64,000 nucleotides of DNA from a virus: positions 44,526 to 108,525 of the IMG/VR virus record IMGVR_UViG_3300020478_000004. One strand, given 5' to 3'. Positions 19,971 to 30,705 of this stretch are shown in pieces (position 1 is the first letter of the stretch; every line of letters begins with the position of its first letter). The notes under the pieces were generated by a model. That model was not told the DNA's origin and searched no databases. It worked only from the letters and a program-made list of their open reading frames with translations. Both the position numbers and the translations under genes were made by a program.

Positions 19971-20893
19971 GAGTAGTTGGATATACAAAAGTTATTCCTC
20001 CTGGAACTAGAACTAAACCATTAAAGCATAATCATAAAGAACAAATTATTCGTAATTTTGTTGCAGGTGTTAGACAATGTGGAGATAACGGTTTAGTATA
20101 TGATGGATTTAATTTATTAGATTGTGATGTTGCAATTATGCAAGGCTTTATACATGATGGAAGTGCCCATGTACCTCATATACAATTAAGAAGATCTATT
20201 TCTGAAAATACTGCCAATAAAGCATTTATAACAGCAGATAGTAATTTATTTTTATATAAAGCAGTAACGAACGAACCACATCATTATTTACGATATAGTA
20301 TTAACGGTGTATTCAATGATACTGGCAATTATTGTAATACTAATTCAGACGACACACAATGGAAAAAAATACAAAGAGATTTACGAGTTACTTTACAACC
20401 TTGGTCATTAAATCAAAGAGAATGCATACTATTATGTTTGCAACGTAATGGCGGTTGGTCAATGAAAGGTAAAGATGTTGTACAATGGGCTAATTTAAAA
20501 ATAGCAGAAATTAGAACATTTAGTAATAGACCAATTATAGTTAGACCACATCCTGGTGATAAGAAAGCACCAGAGTATACAAAAAATATTCACGGGCCTG
20601 ATGTACGTATAAGTTTTGAACCACGTATAGAACATGATTTAGCAAAAAGTATGGTCACAATAGTTTATAATAGTAGCCCGGCAGTGGCCAGCGTAATAGA
20701 AGGAGTACCAGTAATCGTGGAAGATCCAGTATCTAGTCAAGTATCTGAAGTATGTCACCGCAAGTTAGCTGACATAAATGATTTACAACCATTTAATAGA
20801 GACCAATGGATTAAAAATATTGCACAATGCCATTGGAGTTTTGCAGATTTAACATCAGGAGAAGCATGGAACCATATGCGAAAGTTTTTATAA
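19967..20893 (+). CDS. Capsule-synthesis-like (GT-B) protein, paralog 2
   Basis: RPIIVRPHP, YNSSPAVASVIEGVPV. Confidence 0.65.
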   Translation: MRVVGYTKVIPPGTRTKPLKHNHKEQIIRNFVAGVRQCGDNGLVYDGFNLLDCDVAIMQGFIHDGSAHVPHIQLRRSISENTANKAFITADSNLFLYKAVTNEPHHYLRYSINGVFNDTGNYCNTNSDDTQWKKIQRDLRVTLQPWSLNQRECILLCLQRNGGWSMKGKDVVQWANLKIAEIRTFSNRPIIVRPHPGDKKAPEYTKNIHGPDVRISFEPRIEHDLAKSMVTIVYNSSPAVASVIEGVPVIVEDPVSSQVSEVCHRKLADINDLQPFNRDQWIKNIAQCHWSFADLTSGEAWNHMRKFL

Positions 20894-20894
20894 A

Positions 20895-21050
20895 ATGGCT
20901 ATGTCCCCGGCAGAATTTGACCGAGAGCTGGCAAATAGGATATGGTGGATGATAAAGGGCAAAGCAATACCTGACCAATATACAGATGAAGATTGTAAAG
21001 CAATAGTAAAACGTTATTGGCACAGAGCAATGGAACAAGGAAATGGATAA
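20895..21050 (+). CDS. Small hypothetical protein (51 aa; not in ORF track)
   Basis: MAMSPAEFDRELANRIWWMIKG... fills the gap exactly. Confidence 0.5.
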   Translation: MAMSPAEFDRELANRIWWMIKGKAIPDQYTDEDCKAIVKRYWHRAMEQGNG

Positions 21051-21308
21051 ATGAAAATATTAAAAATTATAATGTGGCCATTTATAATGGTAAAGAATAT
21101 ATTAGATGGTAATTACTGGGCAGAAAAAATTGGTAATAAAACTGGTGCATATGATAAAGCACATAACAGTAAACTTGCACAATGGTCGCGTAGCCTTACA
21201 GGATGGAAATGGTGGGCATGGCAAATAGGTGGCGGTTTAGTATTTGTTGTTGTAATAGAGATGTTATTAAATTTTATAGGCCTTAGTATGTTGCCTTGGA
21301 GATGGTAA
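21051..21308 (+). CDS. Small membrane protein
   Basis: Trp-rich with C-terminal TM segment. Confidence 0.6.
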   Translation: MKILKIIMWPFIMVKNILDGNYWAEKIGNKTGAYDKAHNSKLAQWSRSLTGWKWWAWQIGGGLVFVVVIEMLLNFIGLSMLPWRW

Positions 21309-21781
21309 TGAAAATTATTGAGAATTGGTTAGAACCAGAGTTAATAGAGTATCTACATGAACAATTTTTGTATAATACTCCGCATTATTATACTGAACGC
21401 TCAAGTACTGATACATTATTTTATTCTCATGATTTTAATAGTCGCGATCTTTTACTTGGACATTTAGAACTTAAACTTAGAACAAATTATCTTACACCAG
21501 CTCATGAAATTAATAGAATATTTTTTAATGTACAGCATCCTGGGATGAATGGATCTTTTCATGTAGATTCTAACCAAGATGATAGTGTAACTGCTATTTT
21601 AAATCTTAGCCCTGAGGATGAAGGCGGAGATTTTGTTTATTTAGAAAATGATATAGAAAAAAGAATAAAATATAAACGCAATAATTTAATATTACTTAAT
21701 AGTACTATGCCACATTACGGCGAAGCATTTAAAAAGGATCCAAGACTTACATTGGTGTTTCATACTTATGTCAGACATTAA
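21308..21781 (+). CDS. 2OG-Fe(II) oxygenase
   Basis: HVD...GGD...H...R pattern. Confidence 0.8.
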   Translation: MKIIENWLEPELIEYLHEQFLYNTPHYYTERSSTDTLFYSHDFNSRDLLLGHLELKLRTNYLTPAHEINRIFFNVQHPGMNGSFHVDSNQDDSVTAILNLSPEDEGGDFVYLENDIEKRIKYKRNNLILLNSTMPHYGEAFKKDPRLTLVFHTYVRH

Positions 21782-22610
21782 ATTTGTAACTACATTTCAT
21801 AATCCAGGAATGGTGGAATACGGGCAACGCTTTATTGATAGCTTTGCAGAGCGTGTTGATAAAAATATACATTTAGTTGTATATGCAGAAGACTGTTGGC
21901 CTGATAATCCGGATCCTTTACAAATTATTATTAAAGATCAAAAAGAAGTACCAAAGCTAATAGCATTTAAAGAACGTTGGAAAGACGTTCCTAAAGCAAA
22001 TGGAAAATGTCCTTGGCCTGAAAGACGACCTCGTGATCATCATAAAGAATTTAAATGGCACGCCGTAAGGTTTGCTAATAAAACGTATACAGTATTTCAA
22101 GAAGCACTAGATCCAACTATTAATTGGTTAGTATGGATTGACGCAGATACATTTGTGCATAGTGATTGGAGTTATGAGCAAATTAAAAATTTACTACCTA
22201 GAGATAAATGGATAACTTATGTAGGTAGAGGTATAGGATCACAAACTTGGCCTGAGTGCGGATTTTATGGATTAAATGTTAAAGACAGAATGTGTAAACA
22301 ATTTTTAACAGAATTTGAAAGATATTATGAAGATGCTGACAATGGTATCTTTACACTAGATGAATGGCATGATTCATTTGTTTTCGGTCATATACTAAAT
22401 CAAATGAAAGCAAAATATCCTAATGTATTAGATTATAGTGCTAACATTTATAATAATACAGCAAAGACTGGGGGTGGCGGTCATCCTCTAATTAATTCTG
22501 TTTTAGGAACATGGCTCGATCATATGAAAGGTGTTCGTAAGTCAGAAGGTAGTAGTAGAAAAAAAGATCTTCTAGTACCTAGAAATGAGAAGTACTGGAA
22601 TGAAGTTTAG
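21768..22610 (+). CDS. Glycosyltransferase (GT-A)
   Basis: AVRFANK, VWIDAD, ECGFY, EWHDSFVF, DHMKG. Confidence 0.8.
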   Translation: MSDIKFVTTFHNPGMVEYGQRFIDSFAERVDKNIHLVVYAEDCWPDNPDPLQIIIKDQKEVPKLIAFKERWKDVPKANGKCPWPERRPRDHHKEFKWHAVRFANKTYTVFQEALDPTINWLVWIDADTFVHSDWSYEQIKNLLPRDKWITYVGRGIGSQTWPECGFYGLNVKDRMCKQFLTEFERYYEDADNGIFTLDEWHDSFVFGHILNQMKAKYPNVLDYSANIYNNTAKTGGGGHPLINSVLGTWLDHMKGVRKSEGSSRKKDLLVPRNEKYWNEV

Positions 22611-23451
22611 TTTATGGACAAACTATGGTGCAAAAAATAGTAAACCTGTTTTTGATAGTTTTGCTAGTGGTGTTCGTATTGCCGGCCACTCTGTTACTTA
22701 CAATGAGTTTAGTGGTGACGTGGGTGTTATTTGGTCTATTTTGTGGAACGGCAGAATGGCTGACAACAGGAAAGTCTGGGACTATTACCGTTCGCAAGAT
22801 AAACCGGTTATAGTACTAGAAGTTGGTGGCATTAAACGAGGCACTACTTGGAAAGTTGGAATTAACGGAATTAATAATGAAGCAAACTTTGGTCCTAAAG
22901 GTAATGGTCCTGAACGTGCAAAATTATTAAATCTAGAATTACAACCTTGGCGTACTAATGGACGCGACATTATTATTTGCGGACAACACGACAAAAGTCA
23001 TCAATGGCGTCATATGCCACCAATGGCTGAATGGATTTTTCAAACAATTAGTGCAATACGAGAACATACATCAAGAAGACCTATTATCGTTCGACCCCAT
23101 CCTAGATGTACAGTAACTACCGAACTTAATAAATTTGAAAATGTAACAATAGAATTTCCTCGCCAAATTCCAAACACATATGATGACTTTGATTTTGATT
23201 TCCATAATGCATGGGCAGTAGTGAATTGGTCAAGTAATCCTGCTACCCAGGCCGTAATTGGAGGAGTTCCAGTTTTTGTTGGGCCTAGTAGTTTAGCTTG
23301 GGATGTTGGAAACGATTCATTAAAAGATATTAATAATCCAGTTATGCCTGACCGGCAACAATGGTTAAATGATCTAGCATATACTGAGTGGACAACGGAA
23401 GAAATTTCTCAAGGAATTCCGCTTAAACGATTGACATTTGACATAGAATAA
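22600..23451 (+). CDS. Capsule-synthesis-like (GT-B) protein, paralog 3
   Basis: IVRPHP, VNWSSNPATQAVIGGVPVF. Confidence 0.65.
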   Translation: MKFSLWTNYGAKNSKPVFDSFASGVRIAGHSVTYNEFSGDVGVIWSILWNGRMADNRKVWDYYRSQDKPVIVLEVGGIKRGTTWKVGINGINNEANFGPKGNGPERAKLLNLELQPWRTNGRDIIICGQHDKSHQWRHMPPMAEWIFQTISAIREHTSRRPIIVRPHPRCTVTTELNKFENVTIEFPRQIPNTYDDFDFDFHNAWAVVNWSSNPATQAVIGGVPVFVGPSSLAWDVGNDSLKDINNPVMPDRQQWLNDLAYTEWTTEEISQGIPLKRLTFDIE

Positions 23452-23459
23452 AGTATAAT
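23431..23459 (+). promoter_or_regulatory. sigma70 promoter
   Basis: TTGACA-17 nt-TATAAT, perfect consensus; ATG follows about 6 nt later, so possibly leaderless. Confidence 0.8.
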
Positions 23460-23465
23460 AGTTTT

Positions 23466-24740
23466 ATGATTGAGAAATCGTTAACTATTGAAGATTGTTT
23501 AGAATTGGTTGCTGGTATTAGTCAATTAAAATATCATAACGACCCTGACCTTTCCAAACTCCAAAATTTTAAATTACACGAAGACAATCATAAAATAATG
23601 TTTAGTATTGCTAAACAAGTTATGAAAGGTACTGCTTTAACCCAAAGACAATACAATTTAGTTAAAAAGTTATTAATCGAATATTATGAACCCCAATTTA
23701 AAGCTCACGAAATTGAGCTTAAAGATTGTCTTGGGAAGTTAAGAACTCCTTTAAGAAAAATTAACGACGAGCATTGGATTAAACTTTTGGATTATAAGGA
23801 AATGAAAATGCTTGTTATTCGTTTTCCTTTTAATAAAAAGGTTATAAAGTATATTGAAGAATTAAAAAATAGTGTTGATAAAGAATACTTTTATGAAGCT
23901 CATAAACATTTCTTCCCATACGAAGAAAAGTATGTTTGGAAACTTGTTACTATAGCTAATAAGTTTGAAAGGAAATTTAACATTGAAAAACAAGTATTAG
24001 ACATTTATAATAAATTACTTGAATTCAATAATAATAAAACTGATTATATTCCGGGCATATACAACTATAAAATACGTAATATGCCGCAACGTGGTATTGA
24101 TTATTGTATTAATACTTTAGGAGAACCTTGTAAGGAAAACTTCTACAAGTATTATGATAGACGTCTTATGTTTGGCTTTGAACATATGGATCCAGATAAT
24201 TTAATAGAAAGCCAAGGATATCTTTCAATCTTATCACGTAAGATTATAAACAGACGAACTACTACAGTTCTTATTAATAGTAAGTCTTGGACAATAGATC
24301 AAATACTAACTAGTATTCACGAACTAGATAGATATCCATTATTAATTGTTTTAGATAAACATCATGCTATGGATGAGATATCACAGTTGCATCGTCGTTT
24401 TAGAAATTATATTGCACCAACAGAAATGTCTGTTATGTTTAGATTAGATTCTAATCCAAAAGGAAACTTATTTAACCATTTCGTCAGAGATGAGAGATTA
24501 AATAATATAGTTGACAAGCAAACTAAAATAGTGTATATTAGTACTAATAAGGTTCCTAAACCTTTAATAAAAACAAATTGGCGACCTATTGCTACATTTA
24601 CTTTAGGCAGTAAAAGGAACTATACTAAAGTAGACGGCTTTATATCAGGTACTGATTTGTATATGCAGTATGATGAAGATGCATCACCTTATTTGACACA
24701 TTCGAATCATTTTGCGGATAACAAAATAGAAAAAATATAA
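23466..24740 (+). CDS. Hypothetical protein upstream of uvsW
   Basis: 424-aa ORF abutting uvsW. Confidence 0.7.
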   Translation: MIEKSLTIEDCLELVAGISQLKYHNDPDLSKLQNFKLHEDNHKIMFSIAKQVMKGTALTQRQYNLVKKLLIEYYEPQFKAHEIELKDCLGKLRTPLRKINDEHWIKLLDYKEMKMLVIRFPFNKKVIKYIEELKNSVDKEYFYEAHKHFFPYEEKYVWKLVTIANKFERKFNIEKQVLDIYNKLLEFNNNKTDYIPGIYNYKIRNMPQRGIDYCINTLGEPCKENFYKYYDRRLMFGFEHMDPDNLIESQGYLSILSRKIINRRTTTVLINSKSWTIDQILTSIHELDRYPLLIVLDKHHAMDEISQLHRRFRNYIAPTEMSVMFRLDSNPKGNLFNHFVRDERLNNIVDKQTKIVYISTNKVPKPLIKTNWRPIATFTLGSKRNYTKVDGFISGTDLYMQYDEDASPYLTHSNHFADNKIEKI

Positions 24741-26198
24741 ATGGTAAGTTGCAGAATAGTAATTCAAGACGAAGTTAATGTAAAGGTCGAAAATCTACCG
24801 GTAGAATACCGACGTAAGATTGCAAACAAGTTAAAGTTTGCTGTCCCGTATGCTCGATACTTACCTAAATATAAATTAGGTCGATGGGACGGTAAGATTA
24901 ACTTTTTTGGAATTGGAGGAACTGGGTATGTTAACCATCTCGATATTATTGTTAATACTCTTGTAGATTCAGGAGTTGAAATTGCAGAAATAAAAGATCA
25001 TAGAGTAAAGCATGATCTTTCATTTAAACAAATTACTAAAAATTATTGGAGTCATAAAACATGGCCTAAAGGACATATTGCTGAAGGCGAAAAAATTATA
25101 TTACGTGACTACCAAGTTGAAGTTGTTAATAACTTTTTAAAAAATCCACAAGCATTACAAGAAGTTGCCACAGGTGCAGGCAAAACAATTATTACTGCAA
25201 CATTATCACATCTTTGTGAGAAGTATGGGCGTACACTTGTTATTGTTCCTAATAAAAATTTAGTTACACAAACAGAAGAAGACTATGTTAACTGTGGATT
25301 AGACGTTGGTGTATACTTTGGCGATAGAAAAGAATTAGGTAAAACACATACTATTTGTACTTGGCAAAGTTTGAATATACTTGATAAGAAAAGTAAAAAC
25401 TATGAAGATACATTAACACTTGCAGAATTTTTAGATGGAGTAGAAACATTAATTGTTGATGAAGTACACCAAGCTAAAGCTGAAGTATTAAAAAAATTAC
25501 TAACACAGAATTTAAAACACGCACCTATTAGATGGGGACTAACTGGAACTGTACCTAAAGAAGATTTTGAATTTCAGGCTATACTTGCTAGTTTAGGTCC
25601 AGTAATAGGAAAAATAAGTGCTAAAGAATTACAAGATAAAGGAGTGCTATCTAATTGTCATGTTAATGTTGTACAATTAATTGATACACCGATACATACC
25701 AATTATCAAGAAGAATTAAAATATCTTGTTACAAATAAAGATAGAGTAAAATATATAGGCAAAATGATTAAAACAATTAGGGATTCAGGTAATACACTAG
25801 TCCTTATTGATAGAATTTCTTCAGGCGAAAAATTACAAGAACAAATACCAGATTCAGTTTTTATTAAAGGCGATGTAAAATTAGCAGATAGAAAAGAACA
25901 ATATGACGAAGTTAAAGAAGCAACTAATAAAGTACTTATTGCTACCTATGGCGTTGCTAGTGTTGGCATTAACATACCAAGAATATTTAATTTAATACTA
26001 ATAGAACCAGGCAAATCATTTGTGAGAGTAATTCAATCTATAGGCAGAGGTGTACGTAAGGCAGAAGATAAAGACTTTGTACAAATATGGGATATTACTT
26101 CTACGTGTAAGTTTGCAAAGCGACATTTAACACAACGTAAGAAGTTTTACAAGGAAGCACAATATCCCTTTACTATTGAAAAAATAGACTGGAATTAA
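24741..26198 (+). CDS. uvsW: SF2 DNA helicase UvsW
   Basis: LRDYQ, ATGAGKT, DEVH, GLTGT, QSIGRGVR. Confidence 0.92.
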   Translation: MVSCRIVIQDEVNVKVENLPVEYRRKIANKLKFAVPYARYLPKYKLGRWDGKINFFGIGGTGYVNHLDIIVNTLVDSGVEIAEIKDHRVKHDLSFKQITKNYWSHKTWPKGHIAEGEKIILRDYQVEVVNNFLKNPQALQEVATGAGKTIITATLSHLCEKYGRTLVIVPNKNLVTQTEEDYVNCGLDVGVYFGDRKELGKTHTICTWQSLNILDKKSKNYEDTLTLAEFLDGVETLIVDEVHQAKAEVLKKLLTQNLKHAPIRWGLTGTVPKEDFEFQAILASLGPVIGKISAKELQDKGVLSNCHVNVVQLIDTPIHTNYQEELKYLVTNKDRVKYIGKMIKTIRDSGNTLVLIDRISSGEKLQEQIPDSVFIKGDVKLADRKEQYDEVKEATNKVLIATYGVASVGINIPRIFNLILIEPGKSFVRVIQSIGRGVRKAEDKDFVQIWDITSTCKFAKRHLTQRKKFYKEAQYPFTIEKIDWN

Positions 26199-26200
26199 TT

Positions 26201-26428
26201 ATGAAGGAATTCTTAATAAAGGTGAAAGTCGGAGATGAAATTGAGGTAGGAAGGTTTAGAAACGTTTCAACAAAAATCAAAGCTATTGAATTTGATGAAT
26301 ACGGACAACCTGTTGTAGTAACTGATAAAGGAAAGAAAAAACTTTTAAGTTGTAGGCTATCAAAATTAAATCCTGGCAATAAAACACCAAAAGAAATCCT
26401 AGCAGACGCTAGAAGGAAAAAGAAATAA
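26201..26428 (+). CDS. Small basic hypothetical protein
   Basis: Packed ORF; VGDEIEVGRF...DEYGQP. Confidence 0.6.
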   Translation: MKEFLIKVKVGDEIEVGRFRNVSTKIKAIEFDEYGQPVVVTDKGKKKLLSCRLSKLNPGNKTPKEILADARRKKK

Positions 26429-26935
26429 ATGAAGATATTAACCCTGGAAAATAAATGTTTTCTCTTGAATAACCTACCAGAAGAACTAACAGATGATGTA
26501 AGATTTGCAGTATTAGATAACTCTAATCCAAAAGAACCTGACTTCTTTTTTATACCGCTAATCTTTCTAGAAAGTTTTAGTTCACCAGCAATGGTATTAG
26601 AAATAGGTGGCAAAGAAATAACAATGCCTGTAGATTGGAGTTTAGCAGTAGGCGATAGTAACGGAGCAGGTGAAATAGAAATACTACCTTTAACAAGTTT
26701 AAATGATAGAGGTTTTGAAGCATTTTTATTTAATCCGTTAACCAGTTATACTTTAAATTGGGGACCTGTTAAGATAACTAATTTTTATAACGATGTGAAA
26801 TGGTACTTTCCTAAAATGAAAAATGGACAGCTTCTAGCTACTCCGATTACCGAAGGTGAGAATCCATTATGTGCATACTTTGTTAAAGATATTAGTAGAC
26901 AAAGTGAAATGATTGATTACGGTGCATTAATATAA
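26429..26935 (+). CDS. Hypothetical protein
   Basis: Packed ORF. Confidence 0.65.
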   Translation: MKILTLENKCFLLNNLPEELTDDVRFAVLDNSNPKEPDFFFIPLIFLESFSSPAMVLEIGGKEITMPVDWSLAVGDSNGAGEIEILPLTSLNDRGFEAFLFNPLTSYTLNWGPVKITNFYNDVKWYFPKMKNGQLLATPITEGENPLCAYFVKDISRQSEMIDYGALI

Positions 26936-27693
26936 TGTGGGACGGATCTCAGTATAATTATATGTTTTGGAAAAAGAAAAATACAATCGTATTAGACGCA
27001 TATACTGATAGGAAAGAAATATTCGAAGCCTATCAACCTATGTTAGCAAGGAAATTTATTCCCGACTGGTGGAAAAATTTACCACAGTACAGAGAAACAG
27101 ATATGCCTGGCTATGATAAAATGCCAGTTGCAACTTTAAGACAATGTCCAGCAATTAATGATATACTTAAAACAGGAATTATAGTCCCGGCTTGGTGTCA
27201 AGTTCATGCAAAAATAGATATGGGCGGTAATAAAGAAATCCATATGGTTCCTAACTATACTCAAGTAAGTCAACATGACGAGCGTGACTTTGGTCATCAT
27301 AAACCTGATATGGTGCATTTAAAAATTACATCTCGTTGGGCGTTTGTAGAAAAAACAGGTGTTAAGTTTGTTTGGGTTAAACCTGATTGGCATCATAAAA
27401 ACCCATTAGCATATTGGACAGTTCCTGGTATAATAGAATACAAATATCAACACGCCGTTCTACATAATTTAATGGTTCCATATAATACTAAATTACAAAT
27501 TGATACTGGAACTCCGTGGTTACAATTAATACCTTTATCTGAAAAGCCAATAGAAGTAAAATGTCATTTAGTTTCCACACAAGAATTAGAACAGATAATG
27601 AATGCAAATGCACAAATTTCAACAACAGGGGGCTATTTAAAAAAAATAAAAGATATTAGAAAACAGCAGGAGAGACTAGATGAAAACGATTAG
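26935..27693 (+). CDS. Hypothetical beta-rich protein; paralog of 34188..34910
   Basis: Shared P-[DE]-W...CP...G..I.P.W...GTP/GMPL.Q.IP pattern. Confidence 0.6.
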   Translation: MWDGSQYNYMFWKKKNTIVLDAYTDRKEIFEAYQPMLARKFIPDWWKNLPQYRETDMPGYDKMPVATLRQCPAINDILKTGIIVPAWCQVHAKIDMGGNKEIHMVPNYTQVSQHDERDFGHHKPDMVHLKITSRWAFVEKTGVKFVWVKPDWHHKNPLAYWTVPGIIEYKYQHAVLHNLMVPYNTKLQIDTGTPWLQLIPLSEKPIEVKCHLVSTQELEQIMNANAQISTTGGYLKKIKDIRKQQERLDEND

Positions 27694-28240
27694 TGAAGAA
27701 TATATATTACAATTATCTAGATTGCATGATCAAAAAGCATCATTTGGTGATGCTAAAGGATTAAAACAGTCAGAGAAATATATTAAAAAATATAATCCAG
27801 AGAGTGTAATTGATTACGGGTGTGGTAAAGGTGGAGTAACCTTAGCATTACAAGAAGCATATCCGGATATGAAAGTAGTAGGATATGATCCAGGTAATCC
27901 TACTTATGCGGCTAAACCTGAAGGAACATTTGATATGCTTATATCAACAGATGTATTAGAGCATATTGAACCACAGTTTTTAGAAAATGTTTTACGGCAT
28001 ATGAACGAACTATTTACTAAAGTTGCTTTTTTAATTATTGCAACAAGCCCTGCTAAAAAGTTTTTACCAGATGGGCGTAACGCACATCTTATTGTTGAAA
28101 ACCCAGGATGGTGGAAACCTTTATTAGAAAAGTATGTTGGTGGTAAAATTGTGCATCATGAATTTGTAGAAAAAACTAGAACAGATAAAAAAGGTATTGT
28201 TCATCCTAATAACAAATATATTGTAGTACTGGAAAAATAA
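27680..28240 (+). CDS. Class I SAM methyltransferase
   Basis: IDYGCGKG, DVLEHIEP. Confidence 0.88.
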   Translation: MKTISEEYILQLSRLHDQKASFGDAKGLKQSEKYIKKYNPESVIDYGCGKGGVTLALQEAYPDMKVVGYDPGNPTYAAKPEGTFDMLISTDVLEHIEPQFLENVLRHMNELFTKVAFLIIATSPAKKFLPDGRNAHLIVENPGWWKPLLEKYVGGKIVHHEFVEKTRTDKKGIVHPNNKYIVVLEK

Positions 28241-28737
28241 TGGTTACAAAAGCAGATTACACTATCACAGAAAACTTCTTAGATGAAGAAGCATTTAAGT
28301 TTATTGAACAACAACTTATGGGTACACAATTTCCTTGGTTCTTTCAACCAGGAGTTGTTGAAGAAAACGATGACGGACTATGGACTTATTTTGCTCATCA
28401 GTTCTTTGCAGAAAATAGACCACAATCAAATTATATACAAATACTTCAACCTTTATTTGATAGGCTTAACCCTAAAGCACTTGTAAGAGCAAAAGCAAAC
28501 TGTTATATACGTTCTGAAAAATTACATCAACATAACTTCCATATTGATGGTGATTACGATCATAATTTAGCAATATTATCTATTAATACTTGTAACGGAT
28601 TTACTGTCCTTGAAGATGGAACAAAAATAGAAAGTAAACGGAATCGTTTATTAATAATTAATGGTTCACAAAAACACGCCAGTACTACTTGTACAGATGC
28701 TCAAATGCGAGTAAACATAGGAGTTAATTTTTTCTAA
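28240..28737 (+). CDS. 2OG-Fe(II) oxygenase
   Basis: HID...NTCNGFT...NRLL...HASTTCTD..R. Confidence 0.82.
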   Translation: MVTKADYTITENFLDEEAFKFIEQQLMGTQFPWFFQPGVVEENDDGLWTYFAHQFFAENRPQSNYIQILQPLFDRLNPKALVRAKANCYIRSEKLHQHNFHIDGDYDHNLAILSINTCNGFTVLEDGTKIESKRNRLLIINGSQKHASTTCTDAQMRVNIGVNFF

Positions 28738-29468
28738 TGTCTTTTACAAACTTAATGACTATAGCCCTTGATTCTATATTAGATGAAGTTACTTGCAATG
28801 GTAAGTGTGCTCCTAATGTAGTTGAACTTGGTAACCAAAGATTAAAAAATAATAAGTCACGTGCTAAAATGTACCTAAAATTAAACACTACTGGTACTGA
28901 AGGACTGTCAACAACAAAAGAATTTTATAAAGACATTGGCTTTAGGAGTTATCTAGCGATCGATGTAAACACCGATAATGATGCAGTTGCGTTAGATCTT
29001 AATATGGATTTAGAAAAGCATTACGGATTTAAAGACAAATTTGATTTAGTAACTAACAACGGTACTGGTGAACACGTTTTTAATCAGTATATGGTATTTA
29101 GAAATGTTCATAACTTATGCCAAGTTAAAGGTTTTATGATTCATGTATTGCCTTTTTATAGATGGGTTGATCACGGATTTTATAATTTTCAACCTAATTT
29201 ATTTCCGTGTTTAGCATTACAAAACAATTATAAATTAAATGGTTTATGGATAGGATCAAGCGATGGTCAAAGAATAGAAAAACTATCTGGAAAATTATCT
29301 CGTGATAAAGGATATAGAAATGACTATAATTTAGATAGTTGGGAACGTGATCCAATGATAGTTGCTATTATGCAAAAGAAAGAAGATAACGAATTTACTT
29401 CTCCACAACAACATTTATATAATAACGATAATATTACTAGTGAGGAAATATCTGAAAGATACAAATGA
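28737..29468 (+). CDS. SAM methyltransferase-like protein
   Basis: ELGNQ, DLVTNNGTGEHVFNQ, HGFYNF. Confidence 0.7.
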   Translation: MSFTNLMTIALDSILDEVTCNGKCAPNVVELGNQRLKNNKSRAKMYLKLNTTGTEGLSTTKEFYKDIGFRSYLAIDVNTDNDAVALDLNMDLEKHYGFKDKFDLVTNNGTGEHVFNQYMVFRNVHNLCQVKGFMIHVLPFYRWVDHGFYNFQPNLFPCLALQNNYKLNGLWIGSSDGQRIEKLSGKLSRDKGYRNDYNLDSWERDPMIVAIMQKKEDNEFTSPQQHLYNNDNITSEEISERYK

Positions 29469-30214
29469 ACCTGTCAGTATTACAAAACTTTAAACCTGAA
29501 CATTTTAAAATGGATCCGTTCCCACATATCCATATACCACAGGTATTACCATGGGGGTTATATAAAGAATTAGAAGAAACTTATCCCGAAGAACTTATGC
29601 TTAAAGGTGAAACTAAAGGCTTTGGCGATATGCGTTATCAACAAAAAGATTTTGATTACTCAGCTATTACTCCTTTATGGAAAGCATTTGCAGATTATAA
29701 TACTAGTAAGTGGTTTAAAGATGAAGCCGTACAAGCATTACAAGAAGGAATAAAATATCACTATGGTGATAAGTTATATACAAAATATGCCCGAGCTGAT
29801 GTAAAACCTAGATATGAAAAAGGCCCTGCTGATGCTATGAAAATGGAAATGCAATTTGTTATTAATGCAATTGATGTTAAACAAATTAGAACACCACACG
29901 TTGATCAAGCACGTGAATTATTTGCATTTTTATTTTATTTTAAAAAGTTTGCTGACAAAAAAGAAGACGGTGGATTAAATCTTTATAAGAAAAAAACAAC
30001 AGGACAATGGCGAAGATCCGGCGGTCGTGTTGCATTACCTGATGATATTGAACCTGTAGCTCATATTCAATATCGCCAAAATACTATGGTAGGTTTCTTA
30101 AATACAGTTAACAGTTTGCACGGTGTAACACCTAGAGAAAATCCTACTAATATTAGACGATATGTTAATATTGATTGCCATGTGCAGGAAAAATTATTTA
30201 AATTTCAAGATTAG
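29465..30214 (+). CDS. 2OG-Fe(II) oxygenase (prolyl-hydroxylase-like)
   Basis: PHVD, GGLNLY, SLHGVTPR, RRYVN. Confidence 0.82.
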   Translation: MNLSVLQNFKPEHFKMDPFPHIHIPQVLPWGLYKELEETYPEELMLKGETKGFGDMRYQQKDFDYSAITPLWKAFADYNTSKWFKDEAVQALQEGIKYHYGDKLYTKYARADVKPRYEKGPADAMKMEMQFVINAIDVKQIRTPHVDQARELFAFLFYFKKFADKKEDGGLNLYKKKTTGQWRRSGGRVALPDDIEPVAHIQYRQNTMVGFLNTVNSLHGVTPRENPTNIRRYVNIDCHVQEKLFKFQD

Positions 30215-30329
30215 GAGAAATTATGTTTGAAAACGAATGGGTATCTTGGATATTAGGATATAAGTTACAATATTGGTATTGTAAAAATTATGATTTCGTT
30301 AATAAAAGATGTAAAAAGTGGGAGTGGAG

Positions 30330-30692
30330 ATGACAGTTAAAGCAGGAAAGATATGGGGACAAACGGAATTAATTCATGCTAATGGTGTGTTAGAATTCCA
30401 TCGTATCGAATTTAAAAAAGGTTTTAAATGTTCAGAACATGAACACTTATATAAGTTTAATGGATTCTTTGTTGAACGTGGCAAGATGCTTGTTCGCGTT
30501 TGGCAAGATGATGATCAAGAAGGTTTAATAGACGAAACTATTCTTGAAGCAGGAGACTTTACTGTAGTTAAACCCGGTAAAGTTCATCAGTTTGAAGGCA
30601 TAGAAGATGGCGTAGCCTTTGAACTATATTGGGCTGAATTTGATCATAACGATATAGTTCGTAGAACAGTCGGCTCAAAAGTTAACCCTTAA
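30330..30692 (+). CDS. Cupin-domain protein
   Basis: KIWGQT, CSEHEH, VKPGKVHQF, FELY. Confidence 0.8.
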   Translation: MTVKAGKIWGQTELIHANGVLEFHRIEFKKGFKCSEHEHLYKFNGFFVERGKMLVRVWQDDDQEGLIDETILEAGDFTVVKPGKVHQFEGIEDGVAFELYWAEFDHNDIVRRTVGSKVNP

Positions 30693-30705
30693 CCAGAGGT
30701 ATAAA

